Shown here in pieces: positions 1 to 15,107 of a stretch of DNA of 64,000 nucleotides (positions within the stretch are counted from its first letter, which is position 1; the number at the start of each line of letters is the position of its first letter). The DNA comes from the human T2T-CHM13v2.0 reference genome, Homo sapiens: the NCBI RefSeq assembly GCF_009914755.1, contig NC_060926.1; one strand, 5' to 3'. The notes below the pieces were generated by a model. It had not been told where the DNA came from, searched no databases, and saw only the letters and a program-made list of their open reading frames with translations. A program made the translations under genes and the position numbers.

Positions 1-2749
1 TTAAACTTTTTCACCACTTCCTAATACCGTGGTTGCTGAAAGTCATTTCCTGGGGGATGGAAGAACAGGACTCTAGGACAGAAAAGATAAATAGACGTCA
101 TTCTTAGCAAAAAAGGCAGCAGCAGTAAAATCAACAGCTATGGTTGTGATGGAAGAAGAAAGACATAACCATTACCCAGAAGAGGGTGGATAGTAGTGTT
201 TAGTTTTATTATTAGCAGCACTATTTACATAACAGCACATGTGCATGCCTGCCTGTCCATATAGAGCTATGGGCTTGGGGTGGGGCAAGAGAGAGTCATT
301 GCTTGTAGAATTTCTACTAGGCAGTAGCCACTATGATGGAAACTACACATATCATCTTCATTAATTCCCCGCTTTCCCACAACAGCAACAAATTAAAAAA
401 AAATCAATGATGTATTGTTTTTCCTGTTTGGGGGGATTAGGAAACTAAAGGACCAAGGGGTAGGAGCCAGGATTTAAATTTAGATCTTTATGATGCCCTA
501 GAGGGTATTCCTCAACCACTTAAGTACAAACACAAAGCAAAGTCATCAGAAAAAACATTTCTGTTATGTAAAATCAAACGTAACACCAAAAGGGAGCAGC
601 AATATGTTCTTTAGCAAATTGTGACTCAAAAAAGAAGAAGCTTCTGTCAGCCAAGGGAGATTCAGCAACTGGGTGCTTAGCTCTGCCATGCCACAGAGCA
701 CCTCTTCGCTTCTCTAAAAGTACTTAAAAAAAAACAACTGGCTGTTTATGCATTTTTATTCTCACTATGTTGTGAGCCCCTGCAGGACAGAAATTGGACA
801 TTACTCATCCATATATGCCCAGAACCCAGTAAAAAGCCTAGCCCTGCGTAGAGCTACTACGTGGCTGGACTCTAGGAGTCCCCACTTAAATACTGGTGTT
901 AATGTGAGTGATGGAGGCAGGGCTGTGCTCCATAGGAGGCCCACAGAGAGCAGGTGTTCCCTAAATGATGACAGAGGGATGGGCTTGTTTCAGCCAGCCA
1001 GCTTCTAAGAAGTTTCCAGTGAGATCGAACTGCTCCTTCCCCTACATTTTCAGGGCATTCTATTTAGTATGCACCTTTCCCCCTTCCTCTACCCCACCAC
1101 ATTCTCATCACAGTTCTGTGTGTCAGAATGATGTTTATCCCTAAGGCTATTTATGGGCATGACTGGATTTTATCTTAGCTTCCTTGAAGTGGCCCAGTCA
1201 AGTGAAATGAGTCTGTATTTTAAACAAAATAATGTGCTTCTTTCTAAAACAAGATTTTTTAATCTATAAAATATAGCTCATAAAACCCTTTTCACACATA
1301 ATCTATGCTAAGTAATATCTTTTTCTTTATTGTCTATTTCATTCCTCCCTCCTGGTGGGCACACCATGAGAGAGTTCCTTGAACGGGTGTGTCAACTGTT
1401 TCCCAGTGGCAATAGGGCCGTTCTGCCTGTTACTGCAAAAAATGAGGTAGAGTTCCCATATCTTGGAGGATATATCTCTTCATGGGAAGAGAAAAATCCT
1501 AGCTCTGCATTCCAGCTCATGGGCTGTGTGCACCAGCTATTTTGGGGAAGGGGAAAGCCAGTCTCACAACACTTTCCCCAGAGAAAAGATGCCAATCTCA
1601 ACATTAACCATTAGGAAACATCATTAAAGCAGATGAGAAATGGGCTGCGGACATTTTTATGAGCCCAAAATACTCTACTTGGAGGTTTTATGGAGACCAC
1701 AGGAAGCCAGAGAGACAATGACATCCATACCCTTTTTTTAGAGTCTGCTGAGCTGAGGAACAATCTCTGTGCTCCATAGAGTGTGTTTTTGCAAGTGTAA
1801 ATTACCATTGGGGGCCATGTCAAAGTAAGCCTTTTTCAGAGACTTGTGCACCTGTTGGAGATAGAATGCTCTAGGCCAAGTAGTTGTGGGCTTACTGTCC
1901 ATATCCATCCAGAGTTGCAAAGAAAATACTTCCTTTTGATTCCAGGACAGTCTTGGAATTAGTCTTTAGAGAAGGCTATTCTGCTTAAATCTGCATGGTT
2001 GCAACATTGCACCAGTAATCTCTATATATTGGTTTTCTTATTTTTTCATATGACAAAATGAAGCTCAGAAAAGTTGAGAAACTTGCACACACACACAACT
2101 AGTAAGTAAAGGAATCAGAATTTGACTCTGCATGTTCTTCCTTATGGCACCACCTCCTTATCCAAGCCCAAAATGTAGATTTAAGGCAGGGACAGGAAAG
2201 AGGGTGTGCATACAGAAGTGGCCCCAAATGAGGTCTCTTGGGTCTTTATTTAGGGCAAGCTCAGCAGAGATATTTTTTTCTCTGTACATCAGGAATTGTG
2301 TTTTTAAGGCATTAAACCACACAGTGAAAATAGGAGAGAGGTGAGCAAAGTCCTGGCAGGTTGCTCTCTGCCTTCAGTAATGCAGTTGTGTGTTTTCCCG
2401 GGAGCCCTAGAAGAGGGATGGGGAAGATGGTCCAGAATAGTCCTGAATTGTAGAGCTTTCCTATTTATACTGACATCTCGTGGTAGTGCTGTGTGACTGC
2501 AATCTGCATTGTCTTGGGAGCCAAGCATTCAACTTTACCAATATTCATTTTACTCATTCGTGAATTAATTGAACCAGAAGTTGTTACTAAGCACTTGGTA
2601 TTTGCCAGGCACTGTGCTAGACACTAGAGAATACTATGACATGCTCACAGAAAGATCCTGGGAAAGACCAAATTGGAAACTCTTAAAGGAGCTCAATGCT
2701 TATCAAAGCGTTAAGAACAACAACTAGTGAATGTAGGTGGCAGAGTTGG

Positions 2750-2970
2750 CCAGGTACTTAGTAATGGTGGTACTATGTCCTCTGCATTTATCATCCCATT
2801 GAATCTTCATAATGATCCTCACTGGTGAGTATTCTCATTCAGATTTCAGATGGAAGGAAACTAAAACTATAAGAGGTTATTTAAAACACCCTAGTTTAAA
2901 AACCTCCTAAGCTCCTAAGCAGTGAAGTTAGGATTTGAACTCTGATTTTTGAGATCTCACAGCCAGAACT
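2750..2970 (-). mobile_element. MIR SINE remnant
   Basis: Antisense MIR-core motifs: atcccattgaatcttcataatgatcct, tttcagatggaaggaaact, aggatttgaactc. Boundaries approximate. Confidence 0.6.
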
Positions 2971-3284
2971 ATACTTCTCTGTGAACAAACAGCAAGAAGA
3001 GATTAATTCCAATGGTCAAGTGTCATTTGAAAAGGGCTTAAGTTTATTTGCACGAGATTTAGCCCATGACAATCATGGGTATCAGACTTCCCAGATGTCT
3101 ACTAGTTAAATGAAACTAGGTCTGTTCAATTTAATTTAATTTAGCAACCAAAACCCTACTGCTAACATCTTTGTGCATATGTTTCAGTTGGTCTTCTTCT
3201 ATAAACTCGTAAATACATGAATATATAAACAAAAAAGGGAATCATACTGTATATGCTGTTTGTAACTTTCTTATTTTGTCTAAT

Positions 3285-3890
3285 TTATTAGCTTCCTATT
3301 GCTAAACACCAACTTATCACAAATTTAGCTGAAAACAACTCCCATTTATCTCATAGTTCTGCAGGTCAGATTTCCAGGCAGGCTCGATTGGATTCTCTGC
3401 TTAGGATCTCACAAGGACAAAGTCAAGATAATGTGCCCAGCTGGGCTCTTATCTGGAGGCCCTGGGGAAGAATCTGCTTCCAAGCTCATTCTGGTCTTGG
3501 GCAGACTTGAGTTTTTTGTCACTGCAAAACTGAGGACCTTTTTTATTCTTGCTGGGTGCTGGCCACGGACCAATTTTGCTCCTAGAGGCTCCTCTCAGGT
3601 CCTTGACAATGACCCTCTATCTCAGCAATGGACAGCCGCCTCCAGGTCAAATCTCTCCCCACTTCTAATCTCTCGAAACTTCTCTTCTACTATTATCTGG
3701 GAAAATTCCTATTTTCAAAGGGCTCTTACCATTAGGTTAGGTCTACCAAGATGACCTCCCCTATCTTAAGATCAACTGATAAGTAACCATAATGACATCT
3801 GCAAAATCCCTTTTGCTGTGTAATGTAGTATATCCTGGGAATGCCACTGGGGCAAAAGTCAAGGGGCATTTTAGAATTCTGGCTACCACG
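3285..3890 (-). mobile_element. MLT1 (MLT1E/F-like) ERVL-MaLR solo LTR
   Basis: Reverse complement starts gtggtagccagaattctaaaatg (MLT1 5' end). Also contains tttatctcatagttctgcaggtcaga and ctggggaagaatctgcttccaagctcatt. Confidence 0.8.
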
Positions 3891-4059
3891 TTTAACAAAC
3901 ATGTTTTCAAAATGTATTTATTGACAGCGTACTTTGTGCTTGAGTCTAGGCTCTAGAGCTATGATAGTGAACAGAATACATAAAAACTCTGCATTCATGT
4001 AGCTGACATCTAGTGTCCTGGAAGGAGATTTTCTATATTGAGGAATATGCCTATATAAC

Positions 4060-5050
4060 TTTTCATTTTTATAGATATGTAATTCCACTGTATAAATATA
4101 CCATAATTTAAATAAGTACTTCCAGCTATTGAATAATTTAGATTCTTTTCAATTTTTGCATTTGTAAACAACATGGCAATAGAATTCTTTTGCACTATTT
4201 GCAGATAGATGCCTGGAAATGGAATTTATGGGTCAAAGTGTATTATTTTGACACATGATATTAAACTGTTTCCTGGAAAGTCTTGACAATCCAGCATTCC
4301 TGCCACCATTTTTTTTTTGTCTTTGCAAATATTTTCAGTGAGATTGAATTTTTTACCTCTATATTATGTACATATATAAGTATATAGTATATTTATAATC
4401 CTTTTTATGCCTTTCCTAGTCACATTTTTTGATGATTTTTTTTCACTAGGATTTGTTTTACTTTTTTGTATCATTTTACTACAGTTATTTAAAGTATTAA
4501 CTTTGCTGTTACGTATTACTACAGATTTTATGCCAGTTCATTGTCTTTCAATTACATTTATGGCATCTTTTGATATAACATTTTTGTAATCCAATTTATT
4601 CATATTTTCTTTTAATAGTTGGTAAATAACTGGATTCATAGTTGGTAAAGCTTTTTCATTCCTTTATATAAGAATGCAGATGTATATTTATATACACATG
4701 TATATTTTAAAATTTTATTTTAGTATAGGAATATTTAACTTGGTAATAAATTAGGGACTACACATTATTTTTCAGAAGTGTAACCAGATGTTCTGACATT
4801 ACTTCATGAATAAACCAAACGTCTCAACATGCCCTCAATGTTTATAAATACTTTTTTCTCTTTCTTAACTTTCTATATATTTTCACTGCTTGGGTTCCCT
4901 TGCATGATCCCACAGGAATTTTATTGTTACAACTTTAGGATGTTTTAATATGATAATCCCAGTCTTTTTTCATTACTCTTCTTAAAAATATCCTGGTCAA
5001 TCTCACACTTTATCCTTCCAAATATGCCATAAAAATAATTTTAATTCAAA
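4060..5050 (-). mobile_element. Old L1M (L1ME-like) 3' remnant
   Basis: Degenerate antisense L1 3' motifs: aattccactgtataaatataccataattt, tttttgcatttgtaaacaacatggcaat, ggaaatggaatttatgggtcaaag. Confidence 0.55.
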
Positions 5051-5149
5051 TCCAGACTTGTTAGTGTTCAATCTGAACATGAGAACAATATGGAAAGGCA
5101 ATATCAGCTTTGGAAGCCTATGAATTAACTTCATATGTCCCTAAGTCCT

Positions 5150-5930
5150 TCTCCTAGCCCGTCCATGCTCCAGTTCATGATTACCTGAGAGTCTCTGTGA
5201 TACCTCACTCTCTCCTTTGCTTCCTAATCGACCTACTCCAATCACTCACCTACACAAGCTTAATGACACCCACCGTTCTTAAATATGTCAATTGTCTTCT
5301 TCCAGACCACTACTGGCTTACTCCTGAGTGTCATCTTCTTTTTGTGTCATCTGTTTAGTGACCTGCATATCAGCTTGCTGGCTTCAGGCATGTCCAAGTC
5401 ATTCTCCACAGGCACGGTCACAATGGCTGTCTAAAGGCTCACTGGTCATGCCTCTGCCATGCATTTGACCTCTTTCCAACTGTCCTTATCACTGATGACA
5501 GGAAGTAGAAGCTCTTTAATCTAAACACTCTTCACATTTTGGTCCTTACCTATCTTTCCAAATTCACGTCCCTTCACACTCTGTTTTACAGTTTAATTCC
5601 ATCTGCCTATACCTCTGTTCCCATACAGGCTATTTCGCAACTCACCTTCACATATTTCTAGATGGTTTCCCTTCACTGATACATTCTTCCTCATTGCTCT
5701 GGTTTCCCCTGCTCAGGCGCTAACACCTGCATCTCCTTAAAGACTGCTGACTTTGTCTCCTTTGAGAAGTATTCTGTGATATTCTCCAGTTCCTCATGTC
5801 CAGCCCCAATTTCCCAAACTTATGATGAGCAAGTTAATGATTTTTCTCTGTATTCTTACATTGGGATCACCACAGCTCCATAGAATTCATGATTTCTTAT
5901 TTAGGTGCTTGTTTTTGATAAAGACAACTT
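5150..5930 (+). mobile_element. L2 LINE remnant
   Basis: Pyrimidine-rich degenerate L2 3' motifs (ccagaccactactggc, cattctccacagg, tggtccttacctatctttcc). Confidence 0.45.
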
Positions 5931-6486
5931 ACATGACATCTCAAGTTATATCTCCGTGATGTAGAAGTTTATAGCTCCTATCAGTTATGGAAGAACCTAA
6001 TAAACCTATTTATACATTTTACTAGTACAATCTACTCTTTAACTCTTTACCAGCAATTTAAGTTTCTGTAACACTCCCACCAAAATTTGTCATCTTTATC
6101 CACCCTTTCCTCCAGTCTGACCTCTTCTAATTTTTCACCCTCTCTTGTGATCATGACCCTTGAAAACAATTTGATCTCCGCTTTAGAGGATAAATGATCC
6201 TTTGTTTTAGAATATTTGTCTTATTGTTTAAGCAGGGATAACATGGATTTTGTAAAGCCTTCCTCTCTTATTGCTAATTTTAGAATCTCAAAACTAAAAG
6301 GAGCAGGGAGTTTTATTTTTCCAGGCTAGAGAATGTCTTTGTTACCAAGTTCACATGTATTAATACCTCCTGAAATCCAGTGACTGCAGTTCCTGGGAGA
6401 CAAGAAGGAACTTTCATTGAAAATGCTCTGCCTGGCTCTGTAGAACTCTCTGAAATGAGCTTCACTTGTTATCCAGGCCACACTAG

Positions 6487-6500
6487 GTTGCTATGGAAAC
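6487..6500. promoter_or_regulatory. RFX X-box motif GTTGCTATGGAAAC
   Basis: 14-bp quasi-palindrome (reverse complement GTTTCCATAGCAAC) fitting the RFX X-box, in apparently non-repeat sequence. Binding is not shown. Confidence 0.5.
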
Positions 6501-7354
6501 CAACATGTTAGATCAGCGAAAACTAAGACAAAGATTCGGAAGATGTCACTGATGCTGCAACCTCTTTACCTTCTTTTCAGCATCTCTCTCTCTCATTCTC
6601 TTTCTACAGGCTTGTATGTATGCATGTGTGTGTGTGAATGCATGTATATGTGTGTATCTCTGAATGAGTGCTGGATGTCAAAACCTGCATGTTCCCTTTT
6701 CACTGAGCATATATGCTTTTACACCCTTCTCAGATTTGGGCCAACCCGGACTGTCTTTACTATTGTTGGGGCTTCTTCAAATAGGTGGTCCAGCTTATAG
6801 GTCCACAAAAAGAGCTTTGCCTTTCCTATTTATATCTAAATGGTCTCCAGAGAAGAAATGGTTATGTAAGGAGAAATAACCCACCATCAGTTCTGAGGAC
6901 CAAGCCACATTCCACAGAAAAGAAAATAAAAACCTGCGGTCAGTGTTTTGCTAATGTCTCTGCTGTTAATCCAGGGTGGGAGTCCAGAGCCAGGGAAAAC
7001 ATTTCATTCAGACCTTGGAGGCTCTTGTAAAGGTCCCTTTTTCAGCTTGGTCAGGGAATTACCCACCCAGCGGTGCAGTGGGAAATGTTTCCGACATTCG
7101 AAATTCCAGCTGCGTGTTGCAGTTGCTTTGAGCTCTAGTTTGGAATAACGTATGCTTGGCTTATGCTCATGCTGGCTTTTTCATTCACCAGGGTGCTGAG
7201 ATGGCAGAGATCTAAGTTCCTGAATGTCCTCAGCTTTATCCACCCTGGACCAGGAGAGAGATGTGGCAGCTCCTGGTTACTCAGGCATTTGAGGCAGTGT
7301 GTGGATGTGAGTGAAGCCTGGAGTTCAAACCCCTTAGGGAGGAAATAAAAAGTT

Positions 7355-7580
7355 CTGAGCACTGATTCTGTGACACATACTGTCCTAGGCGTTTCAAACA
7401 GATTATCTGAAACTCATTTCATTCTCACATCAAACTTGCATGGCACATATTATCCAAGTTTTATAGATACAGGAACTGAGGATCAAAGAGGCTAAGTAAA
7501 ATGACCAAGATCATGTACCTTTTAAGAGGCTGGTGTGAGATTTGACCTCAGGCCTGCTGGGTATCAGAGCCTATTTTGAG
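7355..7580 (-). mobile_element. MIR SINE
   Basis: ttttatagatacaggaactgaggatcaaagaggctaagtaaaatgaccaagatca is the antisense MIR core. Confidence 0.7.
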
Positions 7581-7625
7581 TTTTGTTCCCCCTACAACTG
7601 TTCCCATTATAATATACTGTTAGAA

Positions 7626-7627
<2 letters not shown>

Positions 7628-7671
<44 letters not shown>
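7628..7671. repeat. (AC)22 microsatellite
   Basis: Perfect dinucleotide run. Confidence 0.97.
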
Positions 7672-7674
<3 letters not shown>

Positions 7675-8890
7675 CCTATAGTTGCACACTGCAATACTTG
7701 CCTAGCTATCTATATATACAAATGATTTCAGAGGCATCATTAGAGAAAGTGTTAATGACTCCATGAAGGGCTGTCTTTCCCAATGGGAGAATTGAGTGCC
7801 CAATTTAGGATGAGTCATGGGAAGAAAATTAACACTTGATTCCTTTTCTCCTTCTCTCCCTTCTTTCTTCCCTCTGTTCCTCATAATAATTCAACAAATA
7901 TTTTTCGAATATTTATTCTGTTTCAGCCTCTGTACTTAGCATATGGCTAAAGACATAATCTCCTGGTTTTGGGCTTATCTTTTCATTTTCCTTTTGGCAA
8001 TTGATTTGTGGGCATGTCAGTGTGTGCTATGAATGTGTGAACCGTTCTTAATGTAGTAAAATTCTTCAATCTGTCATTTATTTAACACCTTTTATCTTAT
8101 TTTAAAGAGCTTCCTACCTCATACAGCAATGCCCCTTACTGACTGTATTCATAAAGTCTTATAGTTTTGTCACTCACATTTTAAGACTTGATTTAATGTG
8201 AAGTTGATTTTTGGATAGTGGAAAGTAGGGATCCAGTTTCTGTTTGTTTGTGTTTTTCAATGAATAAGCAAACTTATAGCCTCATTTATTGAATAATTCC
8301 CATCCTTCACTAACCTGTGAAGCCTTGTACAAAGTGTCTATTTTAAGGGCCCTTTAGATCACATTCAGTGCTCATTTTTTCTCAATGTTCTTGATATTTA
8401 TAAGACCAAATGTGAAATTGTGTATTTCCATTAGTATTTCTTTTTTGATACCTGAGCCCGTTGGTAGTGGATTCCAAATATGTGTTGTGTTAAATATATA
8501 TTTGTTGTTAATTGATTTCTAAACTGTGTTTTGATGAGAAATACTGGTAAATATGATACTATTATTTTAAAACTTGTTGAGAATTACTTCACGCTTTCCA
8601 AAATGACAAACGGATGTAAAACTTTCACATTTGCTTGAAAATTATGCCTCTTTTGCAATTGTTGGAACCGTATTTCAATAACTGACGGCTCTATACCTGT
8701 TAGAGTGACACCTAGTAGCGTTTAAATTATGGTGTTGTGTAGAAAGTTTGGCACCAGTTCTCCTGGCCTTGCTTTCTCATTACAAGTAATTTGGCAAACT
8801 TATTTATGAGTTTGTTAATTAACAGTTAAAAATGTTCAGGATAAAAGCGTAGGTGACTACAATCAACCTATATACGAATTGCAATTGTAA

Positions 8891-9382
<492 letters not shown>

Positions 9383-9399
9383 ACATTTTTACTTTATTG

Positions 9400-11130
9400 C
9401 ATTTGTTTCTTCACCTGTAGCAAACATATCCATGTAACTGTCACTCAAAAAATATAAAAGATTACATGGATCCCCAAAGTCTCCCTCTTGCATCTTTCCA
9501 GGCATTACCCCACTCTAAAAGGAAACACTTGTGTGATCCTGATGATCATAGATGCATTTGTCTGCTCTTGAACTTATTATAAATGGAAATAAACAGTACT
9601 TTTACTCAACATATTGTTCAAAAGAGTAATAATTATTATTACTAGAGTTCATTCTTTTATATATAGTGGTATTAACATATGTCAATTCACTAATTCATTG
9701 TAATATGACTGACATTTGTGTCATTTCTGGTTTTGGGTGTTTATGAATGATGCTCCTATGCATTCTTGTGTCATCTTTTGGTGCAGATAACCATAAATTG
9801 TTGTTAATTATGTACTGAGGAGTACAATAGCAGGTTATTGGATATGAAAGAGTTCAGCATTAGTAGGTACTGCCAAACAGTTTCCCAGAGTGATTGCACC
9901 AATTTACACTCTCAGGAGCATTAATGCAATTATATATTCCCACTACCAACAGGCATTGTCCTCCCTCTTCTTCAAATTTTAGGCATTTAAGTGAATATGT
10001 GGTGCTCCTTCATTTGGGATTTAATTTTCATTTTACTAATGACTAGTGATGTTGAAAACATTTTCACATACTTATTAGCCTTGGCATATCTCCTTTTGTT
10101 AATTGTCCATTAAAATTTCATTGAGTTGTTCATTTAAAATTTTGCATTTTTTTCTACTTGACTTCTAGATATTACTTGCATATTCAGAATATGAGTCCTT
10201 TGTTGAATACACATTTTACAAATATATTTTTCTTTGTTGGTTTGCCTTCTTGGTTTATATATTGTGACTTTTGATAAACCAAATTGTGTTTCAATGAAGT
10301 CCAGTTTATAATCTTTTCTCTTCATGTTTCTACTGATTGTGATCTCTTATAAAAAGTATTCCACTTACCCCAAAATCGATTCTCTATTATCATCTAGATA
10401 CTTTATTGTTTTTCTTTTCACATTGAGATGTACAATCCATCTGCAACTTATTTTTATGTAGGAAGTAAAATACAATATTTATTTTATTTCATGTGGATAT
10501 GCAATTGACTCAGCTCCTATTAGTGAAGAGAAAATCTTTTCCTCCATCACAATTCAGTTGTTTCTTTGTCATAAATTGATTATTGTAAACATGGTAGGCT
10601 GCTTCTGGGCTCTCCATTCTGTTTCATTGTTCTATTTATTAGTTTTTATGCCAATACTACATTAATTATGAAAGATTTATAAAATTGTTAGTATCTGTTA
10701 TTATATCCAGTTTGATCTTTATGTTCAAGAATAATTGTATTCTTGACCTCTCATTTTCATACAAAATTTAGAATAAGCTTGTCAATTTTCGCAAAGTGTC
10801 TGCTGGGATTTTGTTTAGAATTATGTTCCATTTGTAGGCCAACAATAGGTGTTCAAGATACTATCTTCAGTGGTATAATATTCAAATTGTATTTTCCATT
10901 CTTGGAGCTGACACATAGAAATTATTCTGTTATTGACCTTGTAGTCCCCAAACTTGTTACATTTAATTATTGTCCCTAATAAATTGCCTAATAATATTTT
11001 TTATTTTCATGTACACATTCGTGTGTCAGTGAATAATATAAATATATTTCATTCCTATATTTATGTCTTTTATATCTGATGATTGCTGTGTAGACGTGAC
11101 TAAGATCCAGTTAGATTTTGATGAGAACAT
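9400..11130 (-). mobile_element. Old L1M (ORF2 end / 3'UTR) remnant hosting the Alu
   Basis: Antisense L1 motifs: tgccaaacagtttcccagagtgattgcaccaatttacactc, taatgactagtgatgttgaaaacattttcacatacttattagcc, aaattttagaataagcttgtcaattt. Confidence 0.75.
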
Positions 11131-12709
11131 CTTCTATTCCATCTTTCACAATCTCTTTACTAGATATGGAGATGTAAACTGGAGAATGAACTGTTACCAA
11201 AACCACAAAGGTAAAAGAGGCATGGTAAACTCAGGATTCTATTTAAAGTAACTTTTAATTATACCTGTTTGGTAGAGTCATAACTCTAGACTCATAAATC
11301 ATAATTCTATAGAACTGCAATTGAAATCTAAAATGTAGCTAATGGAAGAAAGTACACTTTCAGTATATTAATATGCCAAAACAGTGTATTAATTTGGCAA
11401 AACACATCAATGGAAAATTTGCTTTGGTCATTTTCTGAGGATTATTTAATAACATCTGAACATGTTTGTGATAGAATGATAAATACAAAACAACATGCGT
11501 ATGTATGAATGTCTATATACTATCTGATTGATAATTTACTAATTATGGTAAGCAAAACGTGTAGCGCTATAAATAAGAAATATTGAATTTTACTATGGTT
11601 ATTTTAAGATTGGACATTTACAGGTGGTTTTTAATTTATATGTTTCTATTATACTGTATTTTCTAAATGTTATTTCTAGTTTTAGTAGTATAGGTCGAAT
11701 AGGTTTGTCTTTGAGGAATGTAGCTTGTCATGCTGTCTGCAGATACTCCTAATTTGTATCACATTCTAGTGGATTTGTTTGTGTGTTTAACAACTTTGTG
11801 TTTGTGTGTTAGCAGGCATTGGCATCTAAGTCTATTTCATGATTTTAACTAAAATGATTGTAGTGATTCACTATTAAATATGGAGGAGGCTGGTATTGGT
11901 TTAAGAGGAATTTCCACGAAATCTGGATTAGAGTTTTTGATCTCATTTCTGCTACTTTCTGTTTCCAAAAAAGATTGTCAATTGAAATTGTATTTTATTC
12001 AGATCCCATACAATATTAAAAATCAGATTCATTTTTTCTTTTATAAACAATATAACCACATCATTGAAACAAAAACTGCAGTTAATCACAGGTTAAAAAA
12101 AAGAAGAAACCAGTAAAACCAATACTCATAATCTCCCCAGAGATAACCAGTATCTCTAAAAACTTTTTCCTCTAAATACAATCAGTATATCCACATGTGT
12201 ATTTGGTTACACAAAATAATTTTTCACTAAACATTTGTAAACAACTTTTCATGTCAATGAATATTTATCTATGTTGACTCTTTAAATGGCTATTTCTTTG
12301 TATAGTTGTACCATGAAAATTAACAAATCTCAAAAAGCAGTAGAATAAGATTTTGTGATTCTAGGCAGAGGATAGGAAAAATAAAATGCCTCCCTCTCTT
12401 CCCTGTAGAGTAGATGAGTATGATTTTCTGGTCATTGTTTAGTCAAGCTATGTCAAATAGGGTCAATGCAAAGGATGAGGGTGCATGGCATGGTGGACTT
12501 TAACTCTATTTTTTTTTTCTTACCTGAGAGTTTCTATTTGGCCTTGGCACTCTAGTTCAAACTTCTGCAATGTTGGCTTTTGGAGCTGATGACAGTGTTT
12601 GATTTCAGCCCACAGATTAGGTATGTAGGTGTGAATGAACATTTTTCTGAAGGTGTAGTTTATGTGTAATAAATATATAAGCATATATTTTCACAGAGAG
12701 AGACATATA

Positions 12710-12795
12710 CGAACATATAGACATGAAGCATTTGTTAAGGGAAGAAATATTTCGAACATATAGACATGAAGCATTTGTTAAGGGAAAAAATATTT
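12710..12795. repeat. 43-bp tandem duplication, 2 copies, 1 mismatch
   Basis: cgaacatatagacatgaagcatttgttaagggaa(g/a)aaatattt at 12710-12752 and 12753-12795. Confidence 0.95.
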
Positions 12796-12958
12796 CTGAA
12801 ATCTAGTAAAACATAGACTACTGCTTCTAGATTCTAATTGAATGAATATTTCCATGGGAACTTTGAAAACAGTGATTAAGAAATTGTTATATAGGCATCA
12901 TTTTAATATAAAATATTCAGTTTAGAAAAATTTGTTGTTTTTGAAATACTAAAGATGA

Positions 12959-13320
<362 letters not shown>

Positions 13321-13364
13321 TTAATGCCTTATACATGTAGTCAGGCTAAAAATGGTAATGATGT

Positions 13365-13719
13365 TTTATTAGTTTGTTCTCACGCTGCTAATAAAGACAT
13401 ACCTGAGACTGAGTAATTTATAAAGAAAAGAAGTTTAAATGGCTCACAGTTTTCCATGGCTGGGGAGGCCTCATGGAACTTGCAATCATGGTGAAATGGG
13501 AAGCAAACACATCCTTCTTCACATGCAGGCAGGAGAGAGAATGGAAGTTGAGTGAAGGGGGAAGCCCCTTATAAAACTATAAGATCTTGTGAGAATTGGA
13601 ACAGTACAGGGGAAACCATCTCATGATTCAATTATCTCTACCTGGTCCTGCCCTTGACACGTGAGGATTATTACAATTCAAGGTGAGATTTTGTGTTCAG
13701 ACACAACCAAACCATATCA
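13365..13719 (-). mobile_element. THE1-family MaLR solo LTR
   Basis: tattagtttgttctcacgctgctaataaagacatacctgagact through aaccatatca. TSD gatgt/aatgt (4/5). Confidence 0.9.
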
Positions 13720-14229
13720 AATGTTGATGAGTCTTCACTCATTGCCAGCAATTATAGAGAATAAAAACAAATGGCATTGGCTCATTATAGGCATTGATAT
13801 TATTTTTCCTTCCTGCTCAAAGAAATGACAGTTTAGTTCCTTCTGTTTTTTAATCCAGAGTGGCCTAGTATTCTGGATCCTAAGGAATGCAGTCTTTCAT
13901 GCTTTTCTATGAATTTCTCTAGGATATTCATAGAACATCTCACTTTCCTATGGTGACCCATCTGGGGTATCACCTACACACATGCTATATTCTTATACCT
14001 CATGGTGGTGGCAGCAGTCATAGCAGCAGCAAATCTTTATTGAAAGCCAGATATTTTGGCTCTTGCCAGAACATTGTCTTCCTTTCTTCAGAAATAACTG
14101 TACAAGATTAGAGGAAAAGTCTTCTATATAATCTGATCAGTTAAAGCATTGTTTTGATGCTTTAATTAGGACAATGAGTCCAATGGATACTAGGAGTAGA
14201 ATGAGTGAAATACTCTAGTTTGGGGTTTA

Positions 14230-14430
14230 TGCTATAGTTAGGCATATCATATCACATTAAAATTATACAATGACCCTATAGGTAAGTGATCTTACAACCA
14301 TTTTTATGGATTCAAAGACAGAGGCCTGGAGACATTATGCACTTTGTCAATGTTTGGACAGTTTTATGCAGTAGTGTGAGGATTTTAAACCAAGTGTCTG
14401 AGACACCAAAGCCATGTTTTCTTCCAGTAC
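14230..14430 (-). mobile_element. MIR SINE
   Basis: acaatgaccctataggtaagt, ccatttttatggattcaaagacagaggc, ggattttaaaccaag. Confidence 0.55.
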
Positions 14431-15107
14431 ATTTTATGATCTCCAAAAATTATAAGAGGCAATGATAGATAGTTCCAGAGGCCGCATTCATTGTGGGCAT
14501 CAGTGATGTTTTTTGAGTTCACTGATCATGTGGTTTCAGTGTGAAGGGGGCATATCAATTACATATAAGTGTGGTTTGCACAAGGGTCAAGGTTATTAAT
14601 AGCCTCATCAATAAAGTGAATGAATTTAATTTTACTTAATCCAATATGACTCAATTCAGTTCAAGCTAAAATTACTTTTTGAGCACCAATTACATAGTCA
14701 ATCGTCTGCTGGGTCCCTGTGCTGAGGACAGAAAAAAGTAAAGGCCTGAATTTTGCCCTTCAGAATCTCATAGTCCAGCTGGTGATACAATTAACAATCA
14801 TGGAACGATCCACACACAATTTCATGTTAACATATATCCACTGCTGTCATGTAAGCTGATGACAGCAGCAGATGTATAGAATTTGAATCAGACATGTCAG
14901 GTACTGGATGTATGCTCTGACACCTCCTACCATAATAACTGGAGAATTATGTATACAATAGGGATTAAAACATTTTTCAAGAGATTATTCTGAAGATCAA
15001 AATCAATGCTACTTTAGATGTTCATTTTGATTGCATCTGAGTCCTGAAGCTTGGGCTCTGTCGGAGACTTCAATTAAATGTGAGGGTCTTCTTCTCCAGA
15101 TAACTGA

